Below are positions 9,386 through 18,723 of a stretch of 64,000 bases of DNA, piece by piece; the stretch's first letter is position 1, and every line of letters starts with the position of its first letter. The stretch comes from Paracoccaceae bacterium (GTDB lineage Bacteria > Pseudomonadota > Alphaproteobacteria > Rhodobacterales > Rhodobacteraceae). A program made the translations under genes and the position numbers. Below the pieces are notes generated by a model. It was given only the letters and a program-made list of their open reading frames with translations. It made no database searches and had not been told where the DNA came from. Location of the stretch: positions 828 through 64,827 of the forward strand of contig JBILYK010000008.1 of NCBI GenBank assembly GCA_044377735.1, written 5' to 3'.

Positions 9386-10570
9386 ATGACCCAATCCGTT
9401 CAATCCGCCGCTGCCGCCACCTTTGCCGAGGTTGAAAAGATCGCCGCCGTGATCCTTCCCGAACCCGGCACAGCGATTGTCGCCCTGACCGAAGCCGCGC
9501 CCGATCAGGCCGCCGCCATCCGCACCCGAATGGCCGAGTTGGACCTCACGAACACCCAGTCGATCATCGGCTTTGGCTCGGCCGCCCAGTCGGAGTTGCA
9601 GGTCATCAGCCAAGAAATGCTCTCGGGCGTGAAAAACAAGGACGTGGGACCAGCGGGTGACAGCTTGCGCGATATCGTCACCACCCTGCGCGGCTTTTCC
9701 GTGTCGGAGCTTGACGTGCGGCGCGAAACCAAATGGTGGGAGCGGCTGATGGGCCGCGCGGCCCCCTTTGCCAAATTCATCGCCCGCTTTGAAGAGGTGC
9801 AGGGCCAGATCGACAAGATTACCAACACCCTTTTGTCCCATGAACACACCTTGCTGAAGGATGTGAAATCGCTGGATATCCTTTATGAAAAAACCCTGAC
9901 CTTCTATGACGAGTTGGCGCTTTATATCGCTGCGGGCGAGGCCAAGCTGGCCGAGGTGGACGCCAAGGACATCCCCGCCAAAGAGGCCGCCGTTGCCGCC
10001 GCCCCCGAGGCCGATCAGGTGAAACTGGCGCAAGAGCTGCGCGACCTGCGCGCCGCGCGCGATGATCTGGAGCGCCGGGTGCATGACCTGCGTCTGACGC
10101 GGCAAGTCACCATGCAATCGCTGCCCTCTATTCGCCTTGTGCAAGAAAACGACAAAAGCCTGATAACAAAGATCAACTCTACCCTCGTCAACACCGTGCC
10201 CTTGTGGGAAACTCAGCTGGCGCAGGCCGTCACGATTGAGCGCAGCAAAGAGGCGGCAGTCGCAATCCGCGAGGCAAATGACTTGACCAATGACCTTCTG
10301 ACCTCGAACGCGGAAAACCTGCGTGAGACCAACCGCATCGTGCGCACCGAGATGGAGCGCGGGGTCTTTGATATCGAGGCAGTGAAACAGGCCAATGCCT
10401 CGTTGATCGCCACGATCGAAGAAAGCCTGTCGATTGCCGATGAAGGCAAGGCGCGCCGGGCCGCAGCTGAGGTTGAACTGGTCAAGATGGAGCATGATCT
10501 GCGTGACACCCTGTCGGCCGCGCGGGCGCGCGGCACCGGCACCGGTGCCACCATCGGCGGAGCGGTCTGA
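9386..10570 (+). CDS. telA: Toxic anion resistance protein, TelA/YaaN family
   Basis: 394 aa, all-helical and acidic. Its length and segments such as FEEVQGQIDKITNTLLSHEHTLLKDVKSLDILYEK and NSTLVNTVPLWETQLAQAV fit the TelA family. Confidence 0.85.
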   Translation: MTQSVQSAAAATFAEVEKIAAVILPEPGTAIVALTEAAPDQAAAIRTRMAELDLTNTQSIIGFGSAAQSELQVISQEMLSGVKNKDVGPAGDSLRDIVTTLRGFSVSELDVRRETKWWERLMGRAAPFAKFIARFEEVQGQIDKITNTLLSHEHTLLKDVKSLDILYEKTLTFYDELALYIAAGEAKLAEVDAKDIPAKEAAVAAAPEADQVKLAQELRDLRAARDDLERRVHDLRLTRQVTMQSLPSIRLVQENDKSLITKINSTLVNTVPLWETQLAQAVTIERSKEAAVAIREANDLTNDLLTSNAENLRETNRIVRTEMERGVFDIEAVKQANASLIATIEESLSIADEGKARRAAAEVELVKMEHDLRDTLSAARARGTGTGATIGGAV

Positions 10571-10574
10571 CCGG

Positions 10575-11540
10575 ATGGCGCAACGGGGGCCAAAATCGGG
10601 AGCAGGACGGGCAGGGATCATCGCCTTGGCCGCCGTCCTGCTGGCCGGTTGCGCCGCCCCCGGCGGCAGCACACGCACCGTGCAAACCTCGCCGCCCGCA
10701 TCGGAACTGAGCCCGGTTGCACAGACCCCTGAAACGCCCGAAAGTGCGGCCGCCCGCGCCTATTACGCGCAAGTCCAGCAGTCGCTGTTGTCAAACGGCC
10801 TGATGCGCACCGATGGCGGTGGCCCTGACACCCCCTATACCGACCGGATGCTGGCCGAAACCTTCGTCCAAATTGCGCTTTATGATGAATATGTTCCCGG
10901 CACGGGTGGGCGCACCATCTCGGGCCAAGCCGCCACCTTGCGTCGCTGGGAAGGTCCAGTGCGGGTAGGGTTGCAGTTCGGCCCCTCGGTCAGCGCCGAC
11001 AAACGCGCGACCGACACTGCGCGCGTCTCGTCCTATCTGGCGCGTCTGTCGCAGGTGACCGGCCACCCGATCCGGCTCGATTCCGGCAATCCGAATTTCC
11101 ACCTCTATATCGTCTCGGAACGCGAACGCCGCGCGCTGGGTCCGGCGCTGCAGGCGGCACTCCCCGGCATTGGGGCCAACGATGTGGCCGGGATCACCCA
11201 GATGCCACGCTCGACCTATTGCGCGGTTCTGGCCCAGTCGCGAGGTCAAGGCGGGGTCTACAGCCGGGCCTTCGCCGTGGTACGGGCCGAACACCCCGAC
11301 CTGTTGCGCCTGTCCTGCCTGAATGAGGAAATCGCCCAGGGTCTGGGCCTGCCGAATGACAGCCCGCGCGCGCGCCCGTCGATCTTTAACGATGACGAGG
11401 AATTCGCGCTGTTGACCGGGATGGACGAGGACATGCTGCGCCTGCTGTACAACCCCGCCCTCAAACCCGGCATGACCGAAGAAGAGGTGCGCCCGATCTT
11501 GCGCGATCTGGCAGCCGAACTGCTGGGCGGAGAGAGTTGA
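10575..11540 (+). CDS. Putative lipoprotein, DUF2927-like
   Basis: The ATG lies 4 nt after the telA stop. The signal/lipobox is IIALAAVLLAGC. The conserved-looking C-terminal block is CLNEEIAQGLGLPNDSPRARPSIFNDDEEFALLT. The family assignment is from memory. Confidence 0.6.
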   Translation: MAQRGPKSGAGRAGIIALAAVLLAGCAAPGGSTRTVQTSPPASELSPVAQTPETPESAAARAYYAQVQQSLLSNGLMRTDGGGPDTPYTDRMLAETFVQIALYDEYVPGTGGRTISGQAATLRRWEGPVRVGLQFGPSVSADKRATDTARVSSYLARLSQVTGHPIRLDSGNPNFHLYIVSERERRALGPALQAALPGIGANDVAGITQMPRSTYCAVLAQSRGQGGVYSRAFAVVRAEHPDLLRLSCLNEEIAQGLGLPNDSPRARPSIFNDDEEFALLTGMDEDMLRLLYNPALKPGMTEEEVRPILRDLAAELLGGES

Positions 11541-11754
11541 CGGCGCGGCCGCAGACCTTCCCGGCGGTGGCCGGGATGATACCCGGGTCCTAACCCGCTT
11601 GCCGCAGCCCTGCGCGGGGGCCTGACCCAAGGGGGCAAACCGGGGGAATTTCCCCCCAGCCCATCCCGGCAAAAGGGCTTCAAACCGCGGTCACAACCGT
11701 TATGGTGGTCCTTATTGGGGCGTCACGCCCACCCGAGCTTGAAAGGCTGCCGCC

Positions 11755-12846
11755 ATGGTCTTCGATTTCCTCAAAGGCGAATTTATTGACGTCATCTCTT
11801 GGCTGGATGACACGCGCGACACGATGGTCTGGCGCTTTGAACGCCGGGGCCAAGCGATCAAATACGGCGCCAAGCTGACCGTGCGCGAAGGCCAGGCGGC
11901 GGTGTTCGTGCATGAAGGCCAGTTGGCCGATGTCTTTGGCCCCGGCCTATACATGTTGGAAACCAACAACATGCCGGTGATGACAACCTTGCAGCACTGG
12001 GACCACGGCTTTGACAGCCCCTTCAAGTCTGAGGTCTATTTCGTCAACACCACCCGGTTCAATGACAACAAATGGGGCACCAAGAACCCGATCATGGCGC
12101 GCGACCCGGAGTTTGGGCCGGTGCGCCTGCGCGCTTTTGGCACCTATTCGATGCGGGTTGCTGATCCGGGCAAGTTCCTGACCGAGATCGTCGGCACCGA
12201 TGGTGAGTTTACTGCCGATGAAATCAGCTTTCAGATCCGCAATGTGATCTTGCAAGAGGTCTCTCAGGTGCTGGCCAAATCCGGCATCCCGGTTCTCGAC
12301 ATGGCCGCCAATACTGCCGATCTGGGGCGCATCGTCACCGGGGCGATTGGGCCGAAGATCGCGGACTACGGCCTGTCGATCCCCGAGTTTTACATTGAAA
12401 ACATCAGCCTGCCCGAAGAGGTGGAAAAGGTGCTGGACAAGCGCACCTCGATCGGGATTGCGGGCGATCTGAATACATACATGCAGTTCAACGCCGCAGA
12501 GGGCATGGCGAACCCGGCCTCAGGCGCGGGTGCCATGATGGGCGCAGGCATGGCGGCCGGGATGGGGGCCGCGATGGCGCAGCAGGTCGGCCCTTGGGGT
12601 GCGGCCCCCACCGCTGCCGCTGCCCCACCGCCGCCGCCGCCCGCCGCAAAGGCCTGGCATGTCGCGGTGAACGGCGAAACCAAAGGCCCCTTCACCGAGG
12701 CTGATCTTGCCGCCATGGCCGCCGCAGGCAGCCTGACCCGCGGCTCGCATGTCTGGACTGCGGGGCAAGACGGCTGGAAAGCCGCCGCCGACACCGGCTT
12801 GGCGCGGCTTTTCTCGCAGGTTCCCCCGCCGCCGCCCGCAGGCTGA
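11755..12846 (+). CDS. SPFH/Band-7 protein, YdjI-like, with C-terminal GYF_2 (DUF4339) domain
   Basis: MVFDFLKGEFIDVISW...REGQAAVFVHEGQLADVFGPGLY...FYIENISLPEEVEKVLDKRT is the YdjI/COG4260-type SPFH pattern. After a Pro/Ala linker comes WHVAVNGETKGPFTEADLAAMAAAGSLTRGSHVWTAGQDGWKAA, which fits GYF_2. Confidence 0.8.
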   Translation: MVFDFLKGEFIDVISWLDDTRDTMVWRFERRGQAIKYGAKLTVREGQAAVFVHEGQLADVFGPGLYMLETNNMPVMTTLQHWDHGFDSPFKSEVYFVNTTRFNDNKWGTKNPIMARDPEFGPVRLRAFGTYSMRVADPGKFLTEIVGTDGEFTADEISFQIRNVILQEVSQVLAKSGIPVLDMAANTADLGRIVTGAIGPKIADYGLSIPEFYIENISLPEEVEKVLDKRTSIGIAGDLNTYMQFNAAEGMANPASGAGAMMGAGMAAGMGAAMAQQVGPWGAAPTAAAAPPPPPPAAKAWHVAVNGETKGPFTEADLAAMAAAGSLTRGSHVWTAGQDGWKAAADTGLARLFSQVPPPPPAG

Positions 12847-12849
12847 CGC

Positions 12850-14010
12850 ATGTCGGGTGCAAATTCTGTCACCGAGGCGCATCGCTATCCTTGCGAGCAA
12901 TGCGGAGCTGACCTGCGCTTTCAACCGGGCCAGACGCAGCTTGTCTGCGACCACTGCGGCCACACCCAAGCGATCAGTGCCGCGCCGCCGCGCCAAAAGG
13001 CGCAGGCCTTTGGCGAAATCCCCCTTGCGCGCGGGCTGGCCAAAGATGTGCCCGACGAGATCAGCGAAGAGGTCCGGTCCACCACCTGCCCCAACTGCGC
13101 CGCCGTGGTCGAATTTCAGGGCGCCAGCCATGCCACCGAATGCCCGTTCTGCGCCACCCCTGTCGTGGTGGACACCGGCCTGCGCCGCCATATCAAGCCG
13201 CAGGCGCTGGTGCCCTTTGCGCTGACCGAAGGTCAAGCGCGCGAGGCGCTGACGGGCTGGCTTGGGTCACTCTGGTTCGCGCCGAACCAGCTGTTGGACT
13301 ACACCCGCAAGGGCCGCGCCATGGCCGGGATTTACGTGCCATTCTGGACCTTTGATGCCGCCACCGCCAGCCGCTACACCGGCCAGCGCGGCGAGTATTA
13401 CTACGAAACCCGCACTGTGACGGTGAACGTCAACGGTCGCCGCGAACAGCGCCAGGAACAGGTACGCCACACCCGCTGGCATCGCGTCTCCGGCCAAGTG
13501 GCGCGGGATTTTGACGATCTGTTGGTCATGGCCTCCTCCAGCCTGCCCGAACGGCTGGGCAATGACCTGACCCCTTGGGATCTGACGCAGCTTGAACCCT
13601 ATTCCCCCGATTTCCTCGCCGGATTTCAGGCCGAAGGCTATACCATCGCCTTGGCCGACGGCCACCAAACCGCCCGCGACCGGATGGCCCACGTGATCGA
13701 AGGCGATGTGCGCCGCGACATCGGCGGCGATGCGCAGCAGATCAGCAGCATCGACACCCGCCACAGCGACGAGACGTTCAAGCATATCCTGCTGCCGATC
13801 TGGACAGCGGCCTATAAATACAGCGGCAAAAGCTATCGCTTCGTCGTCAACGGCCAGACCGGCGAGGTGCAGGGGGAACGCCCCTACAGCTGGTGGAAGA
13901 TCGGCTTTGCCGTCTTGGCCGTGGTGGTGGTCGCCGGGGTGGCGCTGGTGCTGTCCGACCCGGCGGCCTTTGGCATCAACCCCAACGATCTGCCCGATTG
14001 GCTGAACTGA
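12850..14010 (+). CDS. Double zinc-ribbon membrane protein (YdjG-like partner of SPFH protein)
   Basis: The ATG lies 4 nt after the SPFH stop. There are two CxxC...CxxC ribbons (CEQCGADL...CDHCGH and CPNCAAVV...CPFCAT). A conserved core follows (YVPFWTFD...LLPIWTAAYKYSGKSYRFVVNGQTGEVQGERPYSWWK), then a C-terminal TM helix. Confidence 0.65.
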   Translation: MSGANSVTEAHRYPCEQCGADLRFQPGQTQLVCDHCGHTQAISAAPPRQKAQAFGEIPLARGLAKDVPDEISEEVRSTTCPNCAAVVEFQGASHATECPFCATPVVVDTGLRRHIKPQALVPFALTEGQAREALTGWLGSLWFAPNQLLDYTRKGRAMAGIYVPFWTFDAATASRYTGQRGEYYYETRTVTVNVNGRREQRQEQVRHTRWHRVSGQVARDFDDLLVMASSSLPERLGNDLTPWDLTQLEPYSPDFLAGFQAEGYTIALADGHQTARDRMAHVIEGDVRRDIGGDAQQISSIDTRHSDETFKHILLPIWTAAYKYSGKSYRFVVNGQTGEVQGERPYSWWKIGFAVLAVVVVAGVALVLSDPAAFGINPNDLPDWLN

Positions 14011-14089
14011 CGGCCCGTGCATCGAGCCTGCGGCACGCGTCGCTTGCGCGGACCTCGCGAGGAGCGCCGCAGGCGACGACGAGCGGCGG

Positions 14090-14118
14090 TTGACATCGCC
14101 GCCCCCCCGCGCGATAGC
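14090..14118 (+). promoter_or_regulatory. Candidate sigma70-type promoter for purC
   Basis: TTGACA (14090-14095), a 17-nt spacer, then GATAGC (14113-14118), about 27 nt upstream of the purC ATG. This is a pattern match only. Confidence 0.25.
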
Positions 14119-14144
14119 CGCGCCATCCCTGTCCGGAGGCCTTG

Positions 14145-15104
14145 ATGCGCGTTCTTGACCACGCCCGCATTCCCGAATTGCCGAACCCCTATTTCGGCAA
14201 GGTGCGCGATTGCTATGACCTGCCCGCGACCGCCACCGAACCGGCCCGGCGCATCCTGATCTCGTCCGACCGCATCTCGGCCTTTGACCGTATTCTCGCC
14301 GCCATCCCCTACAAGGGCCAAGTGCTCACCCAATTGGCGCGCTGGTGGTTTGACCGCACCGCCGACATCTGCCCCAACCATGTGCTGGCCTACCCCGACC
14401 CCAATGTCGTGATCGGCAAGCATGTCACCATCCTGCCGGTCGAAGTGGTGGTGCGCGGCTATCTGGCCGGAACCACCTCCACCTCGGTGCTGACGCAGTA
14501 TAAGGCCGGGGTGCGCCACATGTATGGCCACACGCTGCCCGACGGGTTGCGCGACAACCAAGTGCTGCCCGCCGCCATCATCACCCCCACCTCCAAGGCC
14601 TTTGACGGCGGCCATGATGAGCCGCTGACGGCGGATGAGATCGTGGCGCAAGGTCTTTTGACCGCCGCCCAATGGGCGGAGGTTTCGGCCAAGGCGCTGG
14701 CGCTGTTCGCACGTGGCCAGAAAATGGCGGCAGAGCGGGGGTTGATCTTGGTCGATACCAAATACGAATTCGGCACTGACCCCAACGGCACCATTGTGAT
14801 CGCCGACGAAATCCACACCCCCGACAGCAGCCGCTACTGGATCGCCTCGGGCTATCAGGCCGCGTTTGAGGCCGGAACCCGCCCGCCCTCGTTCGACAAA
14901 GACGTGATTCGGTCTTGGGTCGGCGCGCGCTGCGATCCTTACAAGGATCCGATCCCCGAGATTCCTTCCGAGATGATTGAGAAAACCTCGCGCGTCTACA
15001 TCGACGCCTATGAGCAGATCACCGGCGAAGCCTTTGTGCCTGACGTGACCGGCGAGACGCCTTTGGCGCGGGTGCGGGGCAATCTCGCGCCTTGGTTTAC
15101 TTGA
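14145..15104 (+). CDS. purC: SAICAR synthetase (long, ADE1-like form)
   Basis: GKVRDCYDL...[25 protein letters not shown]...VRGYLAG. GGAGG lies 5 nt upstream of the ATG at 14145. The track ORF starts at a TTG one codon earlier. Confidence 0.9.
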   Translation: MRVLDHARIPELPNPYFGKVRDCYDLPATATEPARRILISSDRISAFDRILAAIPYKGQVLTQLARWWFDRTADICPNHVLAYPDPNVVIGKHVTILPVEVVVRGYLAGTTSTSVLTQYKAGVRHMYGHTLPDGLRDNQVLPAAIITPTSKAFDGGHDEPLTADEIVAQGLLTAAQWAEVSAKALALFARGQKMAAERGLILVDTKYEFGTDPNGTIVIADEIHTPDSSRYWIASGYQAAFEAGTRPPSFDKDVIRSWVGARCDPYKDPIPEIPSEMIEKTSRVYIDAYEQITGEAFVPDVTGETPLARVRGNLAPWFT

Positions 15105-15164
15105 TATGTTTGCGCTAACATTGCCAGGTCCGCTATGGTGCCACCGCATCCACGGGGGACCGAC

Positions 15165-16088
15165 ATGATTCTCAGCTGCGGCGAAGCCCTGATCGACATG
15201 CTGCCACGCACCGCCACCAGCGGCGAGGCGGCCTTTGCCCCCTATGCCGGGGGGGCGGTGTTCAACACCGCCATCGCGCTGGGGCGTCTTGGCGCGCCTT
15301 CGGCCTTTTTCTCGGGCATCTCGACCGACATGCTGGGCGAGATTCTGGCCGAGACGCTGACCGCCTCCAAGGTCGACACCCGCCATCTCGCGCGGTCGAA
15401 CCGCCCCACCACCGTGGCCTTTGTCAAACTGGTGGACGGTCAGGCGACCTATGCGTTTTACGATGAGAACACCGCCGGACTGATGCTGACCGAGACCGAC
15501 CTGCCCGATCTGCCCGCCGAGGTGGGCACGCTGTTTTTCGGTGGGATTTCCCTCGTCAACGACCCCGCCGCCAGCACCTATGCCGCCCTTCAGGCCCGCG
15601 AATCTGCGACCCGCGTGACGATGATCGACCCCAACATCCGCCCCGGTTTCATCGCAGGCAAAGAAGCCCCCTACCGCGCCCGGATCGAAGCCATGATCGC
15701 GCGGGCTGATATCGTGAAGCTGTCGGATGAAGACCTGCACTGGCTGTTGGGCGCGGGCGAGGTTGAGGCGCTGGCGCGCCAGATTCTGTCCAAGGGGCCC
15801 AAGGTGGTGTTCATCACCGAAGGAGCCGCAGGGGCCCGCGCCATCACCGCCACCCAAAACCGGTTTATAGCTGCCCAAAAGGTCACCGTCGCCGACACCG
15901 TCGGCGCGGGCGATACCTTTAACGCGGGCGCGCTCGCGTCCTTGCACGACGCTGGTGCCTTGACCAAAGCCCGCCTTGCCGCCCTGACCGACGCCGAACT
16001 TGACGCGGCGCTTTCCCTTGGCACCCGCGCCGCCGCGATCACGGTCAGCCGCCCCGGTGCCAACCCACCCTGGAGGCATGAGCTGTGA
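15165..16088 (+). CDS. PfkB-family sugar kinase (fructokinase-like)
   Basis: [14 protein letters not shown]...[15 protein letters not shown]...[12 protein letters not shown]. These are the PfkB N- and C-terminal signatures. Confidence 0.85.
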   Translation: MILSCGEALIDMLPRTATSGEAAFAPYAGGAVFNTAIALGRLGAPSAFFSGISTDMLGEILAETLTASKVDTRHLARSNRPTTVAFVKLVDGQATYAFYDENTAGLMLTETDLPDLPAEVGTLFFGGISLVNDPAASTYAALQARESATRVTMIDPNIRPGFIAGKEAPYRARIEAMIARADIVKLSDEDLHWLLGAGEVEALARQILSKGPKVVFITEGAAGARAITATQNRFIAAQKVTVADTVGAGDTFNAGALASLHDAGALTKARLAALTDAELDAALSLGTRAAAITVSRPGANPPWRHEL

Positions 16089-16528
16089 GAGCTGTCCTGC
16101 AACGCGTCACCCGCGCTTCTGTTTCGGTCGAGGGGGCAATCGTGGGCGAAATCGGCCCCGGCCTGATGATCCTTGTCTGCGCCATGCAGGGCGACACTGA
16201 GGCGCAGGCCGACAGGTTGGCGGCCAAGATCGCCAAGCTGCGGATTTTCAAGGACGATCAGGGCAAGATGAACCTCTCGGTCAAAGACGCAGGCAATGCC
16301 GCGCTGATCGTCAGCCAGTTCACCCTTGCCGCCGATCTGCGCGGCAACCGCCCCGGCTTTAGCCCCGCCGCTGCCCCGGATGAGGGCAAGCGGCTTTATG
16401 AGCATTTCTGCACCCGCATCGCTGCTGAAGGCATCGCGGTGCAAAACGGCATCTTTGGGGCCGATATGGATGTGTCACTGGTCAATCAGGGGCCGGTGAC
16501 GATCTGGCTGGATACCGATCAGCTATAG
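16085..16528 (+). CDS. dtd: D-aminoacyl-tRNA deacylase
   Basis: 147 aa: [17 protein letters not shown]...[14 protein letters not shown]...SQFTL. The GTG start overlaps the kinase stop (GTGA). Confidence 0.95.
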   Translation: MRAVLQRVTRASVSVEGAIVGEIGPGLMILVCAMQGDTEAQADRLAAKIAKLRIFKDDQGKMNLSVKDAGNAALIVSQFTLAADLRGNRPGFSPAAAPDEGKRLYEHFCTRIAAEGIAVQNGIFGADMDVSLVNQGPVTIWLDTDQL

Positions 16529-16570
16529 CCCCCCTCCCCAGCCCTCCCCCACATAGGGGGGAGGGAGGCG
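16529..16570 (+). repeat. GC-rich palindromic element, copy 1 (forward)
   Basis: CCCCCCTCCCCAGCCCTCCCCCACATAGGGGGGAGGGAGGCG. The core hairpin is CCCTCCCCC/GGGGGAGGG. It begins 1 nt after the dtd stop. Confidence 0.85.
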
Positions 16571-16661
16571 CAAGTCTTTCACCCGCAAATCTCGTCAACT
16601 CTCCCCAGACATGACCGAGGGAGTGCATGGCTTCCAGACGCAGCCCCGGCGTCAAACCTCT

Positions 16662-16704
16662 CGCCTCCCCTCCCCCCCGTGGGGAGGGGATGGGGGTGGG
16701 GGCC
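16662..16704 (-). repeat. GC-rich palindromic element, copy 2 (reverse)
   Basis: CGCCTCCCCTCCCCCCCGTGGGGAGGGGATGGGGGTGGGGGCC. Together with copy 1 it brackets the convergent junction between dtd and the acyl-CoA synthetase gene. Confidence 0.85.
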
Positions 16705-16722
16705 GAACCAGCCCCCCACGTC

Positions 16723-18615
16723 TTACCCCATCCGCTCCCAAGCGGGCGGGAACTGGCCCAAGACCGCTGCCAGCGCCGCATCCTCGACCGCCCCGGTGGT
16801 GGCGATCCGCGCCACCAACCCGCGTTTCTTGTCCTCGGCCACCTCGGCCACATGGGCGGCAAGCCCGGCTTCGGCCAAAGCCGCGTCATAGACCCGCACA
16901 ATTGCACGCCGCCGAAGATCGGGTTTGAACACCTTGCCCACAGCGGTTTTCGGCAATTCGGCCAAAACCTCGACATGTTTGGGAACCGCCGCGCGCTCAT
17001 GGATATGCTGTGCGGCATAATCCATCAACTCGGCCTGCGTGACCGATGCGCCCTTGACCAGTTCGACATAGGCGCAAGGCACCTCGCCTGCATGGGCATC
17101 GGGCTGGCCAATGGCGCCGACAAAGGCCACCGCCTCATGTCTGATCAGCGCCTCTTCGATGATCGCGGGGTCAATGTTGTGCCCGCCCCGGATGATCAGA
17201 TCCTTGGCCCGGCCGGTGATGTACAGATAGCCATCGCCGTCCAGCCGCCCCAGATCGCCGGTGCGCAGATACTTATCACCCGCGTAAAGGTCTCGGTTCT
17301 TGGCCGCCTCGGTATAGGTGTTGCCGGCAAAGACGCCTGGGTTAGAGACGCAAATCTCGCCGATCTCATCCACCGCACAATCGCGCAGGCCCCCCGCGCC
17401 ATCAGAGGCCAGAATCTTCACCTCGCAATAGGGGAACGGCAAGCCGACGGATCCGATCTTCTTGTTCCCATCAGGCGGGTTGATCGACACCAGACAGGTG
17501 CATTCGGTCAGGCCATAGCCTTCGACGATCTGCACCCCGGTGGCCTTTTCAAAGCGGTTGAAAAGATCAATCGGCAAGGGAGCAGACCCCGAAAACGCCC
17601 CGCGCAGGGTGGTGATATCGGCATCAACCGGGCGCTGCATCAGCGCCGAAAGCGCGGTCGGCACCGTGACCATATAGGTCACCTTCCAATGCGCGACGAG
17701 TTTCCAGAAATTGTCGAACACCCCTTCGCCACGATAGCCCTGCGGGGTGGGAAACACCACATGCGCGCCCGCGGCGATCATCGACATCAAGATCGGATAG
17801 GCGGCAAAGACGTGAAACAGCGGCAGGGGGCAGATCACGATATCGCTGGGCCGGAACAACAGTTGCTCCCCCAGCCAACCGTTGTAGATCATCCCCGACA
17901 CCTTGTGCTGGGCCACCTTGGGCATGCCCGTGGTGCCGCCCGTGTGGAACAAGGCCGCCACGCGGTCGGTGGTGCCATCCTTGAAGGTCAGCCGATCTGC
18001 CGGGTGGCGCGCGCATTCCGCGTTGAAATCTTTGACATTCGCGGTGTGCCTGACGGGGTTTTTCGGACGGATCAGCGGCACGATCAACCGCTTGACGCCG
18101 CCAAGATAGCGCAAGAGATCCACCTCCAGAACCGTCTTGACGGACGGGGCATGTTTCACCGCCTCGGCCACCTTTTGCGCCAGATCGGTTTTCGGGAAGG
18201 CCCGCACCGTGACCACCACCTTGGCTTTGGTCTCGCGCAGGATGGCTGAGATCTGATCAGCCGTGAGCAGCGGGTTGATCGGGTTCACCACCCCGGCCAC
18301 CGACCCGCCCAAAAGCGTGACCGCCGTCTCGACCGTGTTGGGCATGACATAGGCCACCACGTCGCCCTCACCGACCCCAAGACTGCGAAAGAGATTGGCC
18401 GCCTGCGTGACCCGGCCATGCAGATCGGCCCATGTCAGGGTTTCCGACTTTGATCCCGGCGTCGACAACAGTTGATAAGACAGCGCCGGGCGCTTGCCAT
18501 GGGCATCCTTGGTGCGGCTGAGAAACGCATACATCGATCGTGGCTGATCACGATCCTCCCACGCCGCCTCGGCCTCAATCGCCTTTAGATCGGCACGCGA
18601 TGCAAATGATCCCAT
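16723..18615 (-). CDS. AMP-forming acyl-CoA synthetase
   Basis: AMP-binding motifs FHTGGTTGMPK and GDLGRLDGDGYLYITGRAKDLIIRGG are present. The start is set at MGSFASRADLKAIEAE. ATGs at 18639 and 18696 are also possible. Confidence 0.85.
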   Translation of the reverse strand: MGSFASRADLKAIEAEAAWEDRDQPRSMYAFLSRTKDAHGKRPALSYQLLSTPGSKSETLTWADLHGRVTQAANLFRSLGVGEGDVVAYVMPNTVETAVTLLGGSVAGVVNPINPLLTADQISAILRETKAKVVVTVRAFPKTDLAQKVAEAVKHAPSVKTVLEVDLLRYLGGVKRLIVPLIRPKNPVRHTANVKDFNAECARHPADRLTFKDGTTDRVAALFHTGGTTGMPKVAQHKVSGMIYNGWLGEQLLFRPSDIVICPLPLFHVFAAYPILMSMIAAGAHVVFPTPQGYRGEGVFDNFWKLVAHWKVTYMVTVPTALSALMQRPVDADITTLRGAFSGSAPLPIDLFNRFEKATGVQIVEGYGLTECTCLVSINPPDGNKKIGSVGLPFPYCEVKILASDGAGGLRDCAVDEIGEICVSNPGVFAGNTYTEAAKNRDLYAGDKYLRTGDLGRLDGDGYLYITGRAKDLIIRGGHNIDPAIIEEALIRHEAVAFVGAIGQPDAHAGEVPCAYVELVKGASVTQAELMDYAAQHIHERAAVPKHVEVLAELPKTAVGKVFKPDLRRRAIVRVYDAALAEAGLAAHVAEVAEDKKRGLVARIATTGAVEDAALAAVLGQFPPAWERMG

Positions 18616-18723
18616 GATTTTGTCCCCCCGAGCCCGCATCACAGTGCGGGTCTGTTCCCCGAGGACAATCTTGCGGGGGATTGTGGCATTTGCCAAGGAA
18701 AAGCGCAGGAACGTGCCGTGGCG

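Noticed and set aside
8466-14010. Interpreting the TelA/SPFH cluster as an anti-phage defence island
   Set aside because: There are no nuclease, helicase, NTPase, Sir2/TIR, methyltransferase or mobile-element genes. The cluster is flanked by rluB and purC, and its composition matches the genome. It is better described as a membrane-stress module, although testing phage sensitivity would be cheap.
14011-14144. Purine/ZTP riboswitch upstream of purC
   Set aside because: I found no conserved ZTP-type elements (for example the CCGCCUGGGC pseudoknot strand) and no purine-riboswitch three-way-junction pattern. Only a generic GC stem with a long loop is present.
13884-16079. 731-aa ORF on the minus strand
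   Set aside because: It is antisense to purC and the PfkB kinase, both of which have clear family signatures on the plus strand. Its product is Gly/Arg/Ala/Pro-rich low-complexity sequence, typical of out-of-frame reading of high-GC DNA.
16627-18249. 540-aa plus-strand ORF, and similarly the 515-aa ORF at 36491-38038
   Set aside because: They are antisense to the acyl-CoA synthetase gene and to the sensor-exonuclease gene respectively. They show no motifs and have a biased composition.
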